This document shows positions 18,357 to 27,788 of a DNA stretch of 53,968 nucleotides, piece by piece (within the stretch, counting starts at the first letter, position 1; each line of letters starts with the position of its first letter). The stretch lies in NCBI GenBank assembly GCA_965370805.1, contig CBDUVZ010000004.1, positions 1-53,968 of the forward strand, in the 5' to 3' direction. The stretch comes from an uncultured bacterium. GTDB taxonomy: Bacteria; Hydrothermota; Tepidihabitantia; Tepidihabitantales; Tepidihabitantaceae. Below the pieces are notes generated by a model that searched no databases, was not told the DNA's origin, and worked only from the letters and a program-made list of their open reading frames with translations. Made by a program: the position numbers and the translations under genes.

Positions 18357-20477
18357 CTAGAACTTCAACTTGACACCGCCGAGAAATTCCCTTCCGGGCA
18401 TCTCGTTCAAGCCCCATTCACGGAATTTCTTGTCAAAGACATTGTTCACTGAAAAAAAGAACTGAGCGTGTTTGGCAATAACTTTGTTCACTTTGATATG
18501 GGCAAGGAAATAACTCTCGACTATCTCGGGTTCTGGTTCAGGAGCCATACCAGGGCAAACACCTGGTTCGATATAATAACCCCACCTCTTCCCTATATAC
18601 TCACTCCTCAGGTTCATCCCAAAACCGTACGGAACCTTACATTCCAATTCCATATTGAGCTTGTGTCTTGGGTTATAGAAGAGTTCATCATCGGTTTCTT
18701 TGTTCCTTGAGTCAAGTAAGGTGTACCCTAACCTCCCTGACAGCCAATCACTGAACTGGCTCCAGAGTGCAAACTCTATCCCCTGAGTATAAACCTCGGC
18801 TATATTCTTGTAGCTGTATACGGGGTAAGGCATGAAGTCAGGCCCTAGTTTAGTCGTATCTGTATCATACCTTTCTATCAGGTCTTCGATGTCGTTTCGA
18901 AAGAAGGAAATCTTGGTCAGCAAATTCTCACCTATGCCATATTCCGCCCCTAACTGATAACCAATAGATTTTTCTGGCTTCAGGTCAGGATTTGCTTTTA
19001 TCCAAAGTCTCGCCATAAACATCTCTACGGTATAAAGGTGACACATTGGAGGTTCCTTGAACGCCCTTCCAACCGAACCCCTTAGCTTGAGACCTTCGGT
19101 TAATCTGCAGAGCAGTCCTACATTGGGATTGACTATTATCCCCCATCTGTCATGGTGGTCCAAACGAGTTCCCAAGACCAAACTGAAGGGTGACACTTCT
19201 ACTTCATCCTGGATGAAGAGACTATTTGTAATCTGACGAACTGTTCCTGATTTCAGGAGCGTATCAAACTTGAAGTGTGTGTGCTTCTCTTGGCAATAAT
19301 AGTAACCAAAGGTAAGGAGATTCCTCCTGATCAAGTGACTGTAGTTCAGCTCTGCTTCGTAAAGATTGTGATAGATATCCGTCGTATCCACCCCAGCTTT
19401 GAGCATGAGGCGGTGGTATTTGAACCAGGAGCCCCTCAGCTTCAGATTGGAAACCTCGCTCAGTCGCCATTCCCCCACTGAATTCAGGGTGTATCTTTGC
19501 TGTCCAAGTGGATCCATTATCTGTTCACGCTGGAAATAACCTGGTTTCAGGACCAGTTTAAGGCCGTGAGCAAACTCGTATCCTAAACTTCCCTGAAAAC
19601 CTTCGTCCCTAAACTCATCCCAGTTTTCGCCCAAAGTGTCGGGCTCTCCATCATACTCTCTGCGGTTGTAGCTCAGGAAATAACCCAATCTGCCTATCTT
19701 GGCACCCTGGCTCAGTCGGTAGATTCTGGTATTGTATGTTCCAAAAGCAGCGGAAGCAGAACCTGCGGGCTTTTCCGGAGCGGTTCTGGTAATCACATTG
19801 ATTACCCCGGAAATGGCATCACTTCCATAAAGAGAAGAAGCAGGCCCTTTGATCACCTCCACCCTTTCAATCATCTCTGCGGGGTACTGGGATAAACCTG
19901 CAGAATATTTGGGGGCTCCACGAAGCTTTTGACCGTCTAAAAGGAGCAAGGTATATTGTGGGTCAAGCCCCTGGAGTTTGGCCGCCTCTTTAACCCAGCC
20001 AAAACCTCCTTGCGCATATACCCCTGGAAGGTATTTTACTGCCTGGCAAGCGGTCTCAATATTTGCGAGCTCCATTTCTTCTCTGGTAATCACATCAGCC
20101 GATACAGGAATATCACTGATGGCACGCTCTGTTTTGGTAGCCGTGATAACGACCTCTCCCATTGGAATTACCATTGGATACAACTCAAAGTCAAGGATTG
20201 AAAGTTTGTCAGCAGAAACCTCAATCAGTCTCGTTGCAGTCTTATATCCAATCATTGATGCTATGATCCGGTATTTGCCAGCCGGGACCTTAGAAATAAG
20301 GTAATGACCATCTTCGTCTGCTGAAGCACCAAGTATAGTTCCCTTCAGGGCTACATCTGCCAGTGGAAGTGGTTCTGTGGTCTTTTTATCTATTACCCTC
20401 CCCTCAATTCTCCCGAAATCTCCTGCCATAACCAACACAGGCAAAAGGAACAGCAGAACTTTCATAAATATCTTCAT
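18357..20477 (-). CDS. TonB-dependent receptor (CirA/BtuB-like) with N-terminal carboxypeptidase-regulatory-like domain
   Basis: VVITATK, IERVEVIKGPASSLYGSDAISGVINVIT, NPDLKPE, terminal Phe. Confidence 0.95.
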   Translation of the reverse strand: MKIFMKVLLFLLPVLVMAGDFGRIEGRVIDKKTTEPLPLADVALKGTILGASADEDGHYLISKVPAGKYRIIASMIGYKTATRLIEVSADKLSILDFELYPMVIPMGEVVITATKTERAISDIPVSADVITREEMELANIETACQAVKYLPGVYAQGGFGWVKEAAKLQGLDPQYTLLLLDGQKLRGAPKYSAGLSQYPAEMIERVEVIKGPASSLYGSDAISGVINVITRTAPEKPAGSASAAFGTYNTRIYRLSQGAKIGRLGYFLSYNRREYDGEPDTLGENWDEFRDEGFQGSLGYEFAHGLKLVLKPGYFQREQIMDPLGQQRYTLNSVGEWRLSEVSNLKLRGSWFKYHRLMLKAGVDTTDIYHNLYEAELNYSHLIRRNLLTFGYYYCQEKHTHFKFDTLLKSGTVRQITNSLFIQDEVEVSPFSLVLGTRLDHHDRWGIIVNPNVGLLCRLTEGLKLRGSVGRAFKEPPMCHLYTVEMFMARLWIKANPDLKPEKSIGYQLGAEYGIGENLLTKISFFRNDIEDLIERYDTDTTKLGPDFMPYPVYSYKNIAEVYTQGIEFALWSQFSDWLSGRLGYTLLDSRNKETDDELFYNPRHKLNMELECKVPYGFGMNLRSEYIGKRWGYYIEPGVCPGMAPEPEPEIVESYFLAHIKVNKVIAKHAQFFFSVNNVFDKKFREWGLNEMPGREFLGGVKLKF

Positions 20478-20509
20478 CTTAAACCTCCATGCTAACCTTT
20501 TCCTGACCA

Positions 20510-20608
20510 TTATTGCTCTCTGTCGGAACCAAAGAGCTCATTTACCGGCAGGCTCATGAGTCTATGTTTAAAGTGCTGCTTGGCCGTCCCAAAGGCCTCT
20601 TTCCCTTC
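20510..20608 (-). pseudogene. Duplicated 3' end of the FmdE-like gene
   Basis: EGKEAFGTAKQHFKHRLMSLPVNELFG vs EEKEAFGRTKQELKDRLMSLPANKLFG. Confidence 0.8.
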
Positions 20609-20613
20609 ATGCT

Positions 20614-21012
20614 TCATTCCCGCATCCATCTATAGGATGCGATATTCAGGAGCACTCCGGAAATCAGAAGGAACGCCAGCAGCAATACCTGGTGAACCTC
20701 CACCGGGGCTTCGCCGAGATGCTGGATCAGGTGAAAGGCATTGAACAACGTGAACGCCAGTGTGAGAACAAAGTTGGCAATTCTGTACCACTTCGCCTCA
20801 ACGAACACACTCATCACCACCGCGACCATTGGAATCAGAAAGAAAAGCAGCATCAACAGCATCATGCCGGCCGGCGTTTCGCCCGTAGCATCCGGCATAG
20901 CCACGTCAGCCCCGAAGAAAATCGGCATCACACCCAGTATCGCATGGAAGGTCATCCCGAACAGGAACACCACCCATAGCGTTGTCACTCTCATTCTGTT
21001 GCTCATGATCAT
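20614..21012 (-). CDS. DUF6326-like 4-TM membrane protein
   Basis: LWVVFLFGM, IPMV, R.AN..L pattern; AAAGGAG RBS. Confidence 0.65.
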   Translation of the reverse strand: MIMSNRMRVTTLWVVFLFGMTFHAILGVMPIFFGADVAMPDATGETPAGMMLLMLLFFLIPMVAVVMSVFVEAKWYRIANFVLTLAFTLFNAFHLIQHLGEAPVEVHQVLLLAFLLISGVLLNIASYRWMRE

Positions 21013-21076
21013 AATCACTCCTTTCTGTCATGTGGCGCGGGACATTTCTCCCCTGCTTTCGCCTGCCAGAAAAAAC

Positions 21077-21139
21077 GGGCGCGCCCCAGGCACAAAGCAC
21101 CTGCCGTCTCTGACGCGCAGGCGAGAGCGCCCATCATTG
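21077..21139 (-). repeat. Structured intergenic element, copy 2
   Basis: caatgatgggcg...cctgcgcgtcagagacggcagg...gcgccc followed by a T tract. Confidence 0.65.
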
Positions 21140-21250
21140 CGCTTCCTTTGGGCAGCCGGTTACCGGCTCGGCATGACCGACAACAGAGACGATTGCCATT
21201 GCCGACAGGTCAAGGCATATCGCCACTGCAAGTGCGTATGTTCTTCTCAT
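21134..21250 (-). pseudogene. 38-aa ORF resembling a truncated signal-peptide fragment of a paralogue of 12075-13067
   Basis: MRRTYALAVAICL...AEPVTGCPKEAQ vs SDETIGCPRD. Confidence 0.4.
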
Positions 21251-21251
21251 C

Positions 21252-21899
21252 TTATTCTTCTTCATCGTCGTTTGCCTGGAATCCAAAGAGCTTATTCGCT
21301 GGCAAACTCATAAGCCTGTCTTTGAGTTCTTGCTTGGTCCTTCCAAAGGCCTCTTTCTCTTCGGATGTTGCCGGTTCAGATTTCACCTTCTTTCTCAACT
21401 CAAAGAATCTCTCTGGGAATACCTCTTCTTTCAACCTGATCCTAACCCGTTCATCCGTGGACTTCCGGATGAAAGAAAACACCCAATTATCCACGGTAAT
21501 ACTCGACGCACTTGTACCCTCCGGCAATTCCAGGGTGAAATCTCCCCTTGTCTTGGCTCGGGTGATAAACTCAAAGGCGTCTTGAGAACCTTGACCAGGA
21601 AACGCACTGATTATTCTGAAATCTTCCCTCCCAGGTACTTCGTCTTTCCAGAGTTGTGATATGGCAAGCTGGGTCACCCTGAAGCCGGCTAACAGGCACG
21701 GGCATATGTCCCCGTGATACTTCCCGACATCTTCTATGGTTATCTCAAGAAGGTTCTCTTCATCGTAGATGGAAATCGACGGGGGTTTGGACTGGACCCC
21801 CTCAGGTGATTCTGCGTCGAGCTTGCCTCCATAGAAAAGAAGAAGACTTACCCCGATTAGTCCTGCAAGACAGAACCCTCTTCTAGTTATTCTGTTCAT
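21252..21899 (-). CDS. FmdE-family protein with export signal
   Basis: YHGDICPC..AGFR FmdE motif; N-terminal TRRGF plus hydrophobic stretch. Confidence 0.8.
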   Translation of the reverse strand: MNRITRRGFCLAGLIGVSLLLFYGGKLDAESPEGVQSKPPSISIYDEENLLEITIEDVGKYHGDICPCLLAGFRVTQLAISQLWKDEVPGREDFRIISAFPGQGSQDAFEFITRAKTRGDFTLELPEGTSASSITVDNWVFSFIRKSTDERVRIRLKEEVFPERFFELRKKVKSEPATSEEKEAFGRTKQELKDRLMSLPANKLFGFQANDDEEE

Positions 21900-21943
21900 A
21901 TCTTTATTTCCCTTTCTTTCAAACCGGGCTTTCCTACTCATCA

Positions 21944-21959
21944 GTTAGCCACGGCTAAC
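21944..21959. promoter_or_regulatory. DtxR/MntR-type operator
   Basis: GTTAGCCacGGCTAAC palindrome. Confidence 0.75.
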
Positions 21960-22008
21960 ATCTAGCCCAAAATAAAAGCCGGCCGCATAACGAACCACTG
22001 TCCATGAC

Positions 22009-22308
22009 TTACTCGTTCCTTGTGGTCAGCGAGATGTCCGACGGATTCCGGGTCTGGTCCGATTCAAACCCTGACTCACTCGTGACAACCTCGTATCCGA
22101 TGACCGGCATATCCTGGCACTTACCCTGATACGGACAGCCCCGACATCCTTTCGGCCGACACTCGGGATGGAGTTCGCGAATCATCCCTTTGTGGGTCAT
22201 AAACCTGAGCATCCGCTCAAGCGCGCTCTGCTCGATCTTCAGCTTCCGGCTCAACTGCTTCACTGTACTCGTACCGCGCCGCATCTCAGCCATAACCTGT
22301 TGAATCAC
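22009..22308 (-). CDS. feoC: FeoC-like wHTH protein
   Basis: wHTH plus CxxxxCxxCPxxxxC; GTGA overlap with feoB. Confidence 0.75.
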   Translation of the reverse strand: MIQQVMAEMRRGTSTVKQLSRKLKIEQSALERMLRFMTHKGMIRELHPECRPKGCRGCPYQGKCQDMPVIGYEVVTSESGFESDQTRNPSDISLTTRNE

Positions 22309-24320
22309 GTAAACAGACTCCCAATCTGGTAGATTGCCACCGCCACCAGCCAGCCAAGACCCGAGGTGTAGCCGATAGTAAGAAGTGTCCACTTCCAGTT
22401 GGTTTCACGCCAGATTGCGGCAACTGTGGCCACGCACGGCACGTAGATCAGAGACATCGCCATGAACGCATAGGCTGAGAGCGGGGTGAATTGCCCGGAA
22501 ACCACTGCGGCCAACCCTTCTTCGCCAACACCGTAGAGCGTGCCCATCGTTCCCACCACCACTTCTTTGGCCAGGATTCCGAATACCAGCGACACTGCGG
22601 CCTGCCAGTTGCCGAATCCGGCAAGCGAGAAAACGGGGGCAAAGAACATGCCGATCTTGCCGATGATTGACGCCTGGGATGCGTATTCCACACCCCAGGG
22701 CATGCTGGCCAGGAACCAGATCAACACCACAACTGCGGCGATAATGGTTCCGGCTTTGCGTACAAACAGCCAGGCCCGTTCCCACATATGGTTCAGTACT
22801 CCGCGGATTGAAGGCAAGTGGTAAGGCGGCAACTCCATAATCAACGGTGCAACTTCATGCTTGAAGAAAATGCCCTTGAGAATCCTGGCTACCAGAATCG
22901 CCAGCACTATCCCCATGAGATAGAGCGAAAACACCACCAATCCCTGGTTCCGGCTGAAGAAGGCAGCAGTGAACAAGGTGTAGATCGGCAACCTTGCCGA
23001 GCACGACATCAGCGGGTTCACCAGGATGGTCAGGATTCTGTCCTTGCGCGACTCCAGGGTCCGGGTCGCCATTATTGCCGGCACATTGCATCCGAACCCG
23101 AGAATCATCGGGATGAACGACTTGCCGTGCAGTCCCAGGGCGTGCATGAACCGGTCCATCACAAACGCGGCCCGGGCCATGTATCCTGAGTCCTCAAGTA
23201 TCGAGATAACCAGAAACAGAATGACGATATTGGGAATGAACACCAGTACCGAACCGATACCGTTAATCAGACCATCAACCAGGAATGAACTGAGCCAGGC
23301 CGGTGAGCCGGCCAGAGCGCCCGAAGCCAGACCACCAAACCACTCGAACAGCATCTCAATGTACCCGATCAACGGGTCACCGAGCTTGAACACCAGTTGG
23401 AAAGTACCCCACATCAGGAGCAGGAATATCGGTATCCCAAGCCACCGGTTGGTCACGACCTTGTCGATGCTGTCCGACATGGTAAGCCGGTCCGCAACCC
23501 CGGGCTCGCGGTGCGTGCATTCCTTGACAACTCCGTTCAAGTACCCATACCTGCGTTCGACGATTGCGGTTTCCGAATCGTAGCCGTATTTGTGTTCCAG
23601 TTCGGTTCGGGTCCGCTCCAGTTCTGCGCGTACGTCGGCCGCATCCGGATTGCTCTCCATTACGGCAATCTCGGTCTCGTCCCCCTCAAGCAGCTTCAAC
23701 GCGCGCCAGCGTGCCGAAACACCACGGGTAAGCTGCTTCTCCACAATCAGCCCGGCCAGCCTTTCTATTGCCGCTTCCACATCGCGACCGTAGAAGACCT
23801 TGAATCCGGGGCGCAGTTCGTCCTTACGGATGTCGTGAATTGCCCTGCGCAATCGCTCCAGACCGGTACCTCTTGAAGCCACTGTCTCCACCACCTTGAC
23901 GCCCAGTGTCTGCTCCAGCTTCCGGGCATCAATCGTGAGGCCCCGACTCCGAGCCACATCCATCATGTTCAGGTCAACAATCACCTTGGCGCCCAGTTCC
24001 AGCAGTTGCGCCACCAGGTACAGGTTCCGCTCCAGGTTGCTGGCATCCACCACCGCGACCACCGCATCCGGTCGCTCGTTCACCAGGAAATCCCGGGCCA
24101 CCTTTTCGTCCAGCGAATAAGCACTCAAGGAATAGGTACCGGGCAGGTCCACCACGGTTACCTCGTGGTCTTCGTAGCGGAACTTCCCCTCTTTCTTTTC
24201 AACTGTAACCCCGGGCCAGTTACCGACGTACTGCCTGGACCCGGTCAGCGCATTGAAAACAGTAGTCTTGCCCGAATTCGGATTCCCGGCCAGGGCTATC
24301 TTGATCGGCTTGCCGGCCAT
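22305..24320 (-). CDS. feoB: Ferrous iron transport protein B
   Basis: [40 protein letters not shown]. Confidence 0.97.
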   Translation of the reverse strand: MAGKPIKIALAGNPNSGKTTVFNALTGSRQYVGNWPGVTVEKKEGKFRYEDHEVTVVDLPGTYSLSAYSLDEKVARDFLVNERPDAVVAVVDASNLERNLYLVAQLLELGAKVIVDLNMMDVARSRGLTIDARKLEQTLGVKVVETVASRGTGLERLRRAIHDIRKDELRPGFKVFYGRDVEAAIERLAGLIVEKQLTRGVSARWRALKLLEGDETEIAVMESNPDAADVRAELERTRTELEHKYGYDSETAIVERRYGYLNGVVKECTHREPGVADRLTMSDSIDKVVTNRWLGIPIFLLLMWGTFQLVFKLGDPLIGYIEMLFEWFGGLASGALAGSPAWLSSFLVDGLINGIGSVLVFIPNIVILFLVISILEDSGYMARAAFVMDRFMHALGLHGKSFIPMILGFGCNVPAIMATRTLESRKDRILTILVNPLMSCSARLPIYTLFTAAFFSRNQGLVVFSLYLMGIVLAILVARILKGIFFKHEVAPLIMELPPYHLPSIRGVLNHMWERAWLFVRKAGTIIAAVVVLIWFLASMPWGVEYASQASIIGKIGMFFAPVFSLAGFGNWQAAVSLVFGILAKEVVVGTMGTLYGVGEEGLAAVVSGQFTPLSAYAFMAMSLIYVPCVATVAAIWRETNWKWTLLTIGYTSGLGWLVAVAIYQIGSLFT

Positions 24321-24321
24321 C

Positions 24322-24570
24322 TCAGGCTTCCTTCTCATTCTGCGCGCCGTTCGGCTCTACCATGATCCGGTGCGCCATACCGAAACCGATACCCACTTTG
24401 GTATTGTCGTGCACGACCATCACCGGACCGCGGTCCTGTCTGGTTACCACCGCGATTTCACTTCCTTCCCTGATACCTATGTCCGCAAGCCGGTTCACCA
24501 TACCACGGCCACCCCGAATCCGGACAACCCGCCCTCGCTCGCCGGAATTCATCATTGATAGCGGCATCAT
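24322..24570 (-). CDS. feoA: FeoA family protein
   Basis: RLADIGI.EG, GP, IGFGMA. Confidence 0.9.
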   Translation of the reverse strand: MMPLSMMNSGERGRVVRIRGGRGMVNRLADIGIREGSEIAVVTRQDRGPVMVVHDNTKVGIGFGMAHRIMVEPNGAQNEKEA

Positions 24571-24797
24571 TCTGCCTCCTCCACCAGAACCACCCGGGCC
24601 TCGTCCTTGCGCAACGACAGATGATACCCCTTCAGTTCGATGTCTACCGGATCGCCCAATGGCGCGACCTTGCTCACTTTGACCTCAACCCCGGGCACCA
24701 GGCCCATATCCATCAGCCTGCGCCGGATTACACGGTCTCCCTGTAGACCTCTGACAACCGCTCTGTCTCCGACTTTCAGATCCCTCAGTTGCTTCAT
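24567..24797 (-). CDS. feoA: FeoA family protein
   Basis: RRLMDMGL.PG, APLGDP, LSLRK.EA. Confidence 0.93.
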   Translation of the reverse strand: MKQLRDLKVGDRAVVRGLQGDRVIRRRLMDMGLVPGVEVKVSKVAPLGDPVDIELKGYHLSLRKDEARVVLVEEAE

Positions 24798-25282
24798 CGC
24801 TTGCTCCGTTTCGGCTTGCCGGAACCGGTCTCCCGGCACTTGCCGCTGCTCAGGCAGTCGAGCAGCCGGCCCAGGGTGACATCATCGGACCGGCCATGCG
24901 CCCGCATGAACTCAACGAGCCGCACCAACCGCTCCAAAGTCTCCGGGCTCAACACGTGCTCCATCCGGCACGCATCCTCGGCCGCAATCTCATCGGGCAC
25001 TCCCAGCACATCCCGCAGGAACTCCTGCAGCAGCCGGTGCCGGCGGTAAACCTCCTGGGCCAGCACCGCGCCCCGCGCGGTCAACTCAACACTGCCGTAC
25101 CGCTCGTGTCGTACCAACCCCTTCCCCTCCAACGCGGACAACGCAGACACCACCGATGGCTTGCTTACCGCCAGCCGGTCTGCGATGTCGGTTACCCGCA
25201 CCCGGGAACCGGACTGCGCAACAACGAACACCGCCTCCAGGTAATCCTCGGCGCTCTGACCCAACTCAAGCTGCTCAGTCAT
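24794..25282 (-). CDS. DtxR/MntR family metal-dependent repressor
   Basis: EDYLEA, VSKPSV, RRH.LL..FL, DACRMEH. Confidence 0.95.
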   Translation of the reverse strand: MTEQLELGQSAEDYLEAVFVVAQSGSRVRVTDIADRLAVSKPSVVSALSALEGKGLVRHERYGSVELTARGAVLAQEVYRRHRLLQEFLRDVLGVPDEIAAEDACRMEHVLSPETLERLVRLVEFMRAHGRSDDVTLGRLLDCLSSGKCRETGSGKPKRSKR

Positions 25283-25296
25283 GATGTATCACTTCT

Positions 25297-25346
25297 CTAA
25301 CACTGTTAGACATGTCTAACTATACCCTTTCCCATCTGTCTGTCAA
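25297..25346 (-). promoter_or_regulatory. Promoter TTGACA-N16-TATAGT with DtxR-type operator
   Basis: Perfect palindrome GTTAGACATGTCTAAC at 25305-25320 abutting the -10. Confidence 0.8.
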
Positions 25347-25368
25347 GCTCATCTCAGGCCATCCAGTG

Positions 25369-27753
25369 TTACATTCCCTTCGGTCGCTCACGGCCAGGCT
25401 CTTTCGCTCCGGTGTCGGTCTCTTTGCCGAACGGCTTCAGCCACATAATCAGAACCGGCGTCACAAAGAAGTCGGCCATCAGTGCGGCAAGAATCGCCAC
25501 GATTGTGTAGCTTCCAAGATTGGTGTACATCTTGTCCAGTGATGTTATGTAGGCAACAAACCCGAGTACCAGGACAAGCGAAGTCATGAAAAGCGCCTTG
25601 CCAACTGTCCTGAATGTCTCGGAAATCGCCTTCCGGTAGTTTCCTGTTCGCCAGAATTCGAGCTTGCAGTGATTGATGAAGTGAATCGTATCGTCAACCG
25701 CCAGTCCGAGAATCATCGGGCCTATTATCATTGTCGGCATATCAAGCGGTGTCCCGAAATAGCCCATCAACCCCCCGGCAAAAATGGCCGGTGCGATATT
25801 CGGTATCATGCCGATCAGCCCTGTTCTTATGCTGGCAAACACAGTCATCATCAGTAAGGTAATCACCACCAGGGCAATCAGGAGAGACCGAATCTGTCCT
25901 TTCGCCACATAGATACCCGCTATGCTCATCTGGACCGCGGGGCCGACCATCCCGAATCTGGCATCAGGAAACAACTCTTCCGTTCGTGTTTCAAGGTAGT
26001 GCAGTTGCCTTTCAAGCTCTGTTGCTACAAAGTCACCCACTTCCGCACTTATCCGGAGGGTTTTGTACTCATAGTCAACCCAGTTCTCCGCCTCGGTTCC
26101 GCCGGACATCTCGTAGAGCAGAAGCAGTTGTGAGACAAGTTCCTTGTCCTCAGGAATAGAGTAGTACTCAGGGTCGTCGCTGTGCATGGTCTGGTTCAGG
26201 TCCTTCACAATGTCGGCAAGCGAGGACACCCTGCTTACGAGCGGAAACTGGCTGATCTCATTTGCCAGTATGTCCAGGTTCTTCAGGACCTCCGGGTCTT
26301 TGGCGCGACCGTTCTCATCGAATGCTACCGTGACCTCATACGACCACATCGAACCCACTTTGGTGTGACAGATATGCCAGAGCTTGGCTCTGAAAGGCAC
26401 TTTCAACCCCATCTTCTCCATGCTCATGTCTACTTCTACCCTGGTGAGCCCGACAACCAGTGCTATTACGGTAATCCCAAAGACGGTCATAATCTGCACC
26501 GGATGGGCCAGAACCCAATCACTGAACCTCACAAGAAGATGCTCTGCCCGGCCTCCGCCCTTCCTGGCATACTCGGGATGGGGCTTCTTGTCCTTCCCGA
26601 ACGAGAGAACGGCAGGGGTCAAGAGCATAACGATGACATAGGCGGCGATGACACAAACCCCGGCTGACAACCCCATCCAGCGAACTGTCTTGATGGAAAC
26701 AAACAGAAACGACAAGAGAGCTACAACAGTGGTTGCCGCTGTAAAGAGTATCGGCCAGCCGGTGTGCTCCATAGCATAGCGGACCGCCTCTTTTCTTCTC
26801 CCGGTTGTCAAGAACTTCCGCTTGAAGAAGCTGAAGATATGGATTGAGTAGCCGATTGAAACGACCAGCGCCAGCAGAACCGGAACAATCATGACGGTAC
26901 TGTCAACCTTGATTCCAGACCACCCCATGCCACCGAAAACCCAGAGAATGGAACTGGCAGCAGTCACCAGTGGAACAGCTACACCGGCAAATGAACGCAG
27001 GAGGATTATGAGAACGACAATCGTGATCAGGATTGAAATGCCGAAAATCCTGCCGGCTTCTTTGCCGTAATAGGACCTTTTTTCGTAGTTCAGCACCGGC
27101 ATTCCGGTTACTTTGAGATTGTACTTCTCGTACTTGTCCTGCTTGATAATCTCAGTTGCGATTCTGCCAACCACAAGCTGGGGGTATTCTTCCATTCCTG
27201 TTTCATCGCCTTCAGGATAGCTCCCGAGACGCAGGGCTATCCACGCCTGCTTGCAGTCGTCGGAGAAAAGCTTGTTCACAAGGGACTTCTTTGAGAACGC
27301 GAGCTTCTTGATTTCAGCGATTTCTTCCGGGTCGGTTGGAATCTCATCGGGCACGATGTCGCCCACCACCAATCCTTCTTCCGTGCCTCTTGTGAAGTCA
27401 AGGTCTGTAATTGACGTCAGTTTGTCGGCATAAGGAATCTTGTCCTTCAACTCCTGTCCCAGTTCCCGCATCATCGCCAGGATTTCGGGCGCAAACACAT
27501 CATCGGCTTCTATGAGAACTGCAACATAGTCGTTGTTGCCGAAGACTTCCTCAAACTCCCTCTGGGCGACCATCAAGGGATCACCCGGCAAGAACCAACT
27601 CTCGTTGGACACATCAACCTGAACCCGTTTCAGACCCAGAAACGCTATCGCGTTCAGCGCAACCAGCGCTGCTATGACCAGCCAGCGAAACCTGATGACT
27701 CCACGGCCGAACCTGCCGAACCACTGGTTGATTTTCTCAATCCGTCTGGACAT
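25369..27753 (-). CDS. MMPL/RND family transporter
   Basis: Two periplasmic domains each followed by TM blocks; GLAVDDTIH motif. Confidence 0.92.
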   Translation of the reverse strand: MSRRIEKINQWFGRFGRGVIRFRWLVIAALVALNAIAFLGLKRVQVDVSNESWFLPGDPLMVAQREFEEVFGNNDYVAVLIEADDVFAPEILAMMRELGQELKDKIPYADKLTSITDLDFTRGTEEGLVVGDIVPDEIPTDPEEIAEIKKLAFSKKSLVNKLFSDDCKQAWIALRLGSYPEGDETGMEEYPQLVVGRIATEIIKQDKYEKYNLKVTGMPVLNYEKRSYYGKEAGRIFGISILITIVVLIILLRSFAGVAVPLVTAASSILWVFGGMGWSGIKVDSTVMIVPVLLALVVSIGYSIHIFSFFKRKFLTTGRRKEAVRYAMEHTGWPILFTAATTVVALLSFLFVSIKTVRWMGLSAGVCVIAAYVIVMLLTPAVLSFGKDKKPHPEYARKGGGRAEHLLVRFSDWVLAHPVQIMTVFGITVIALVVGLTRVEVDMSMEKMGLKVPFRAKLWHICHTKVGSMWSYEVTVAFDENGRAKDPEVLKNLDILANEISQFPLVSRVSSLADIVKDLNQTMHSDDPEYYSIPEDKELVSQLLLLYEMSGGTEAENWVDYEYKTLRISAEVGDFVATELERQLHYLETRTEELFPDARFGMVGPAVQMSIAGIYVAKGQIRSLLIALVVITLLMMTVFASIRTGLIGMIPNIAPAIFAGGLMGYFGTPLDMPTMIIGPMILGLAVDDTIHFINHCKLEFWRTGNYRKAISETFRTVGKALFMTSLVLVLGFVAYITSLDKMYTNLGSYTIVAILAALMADFFVTPVLIMWLKPFGKETDTGAKEPGRERPKGM

Positions 27754-27788
27754 ATCTATCCTCCTGAAACGGTTGGATTCGCCAAAGA

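Noticed and set aside
21077-21250. TGA plus hairpin as a selenocysteine recoding signal
   Set aside because: Read-through is out of frame with the next gene and gives no recognisable selenoprotein motif
20478-22008. Cobalamin riboswitch upstream of the TonB receptor
   Set aside because: No B12-box or GGGAA...GCCACTG core seen; a DtxR-type operator explains regulation better
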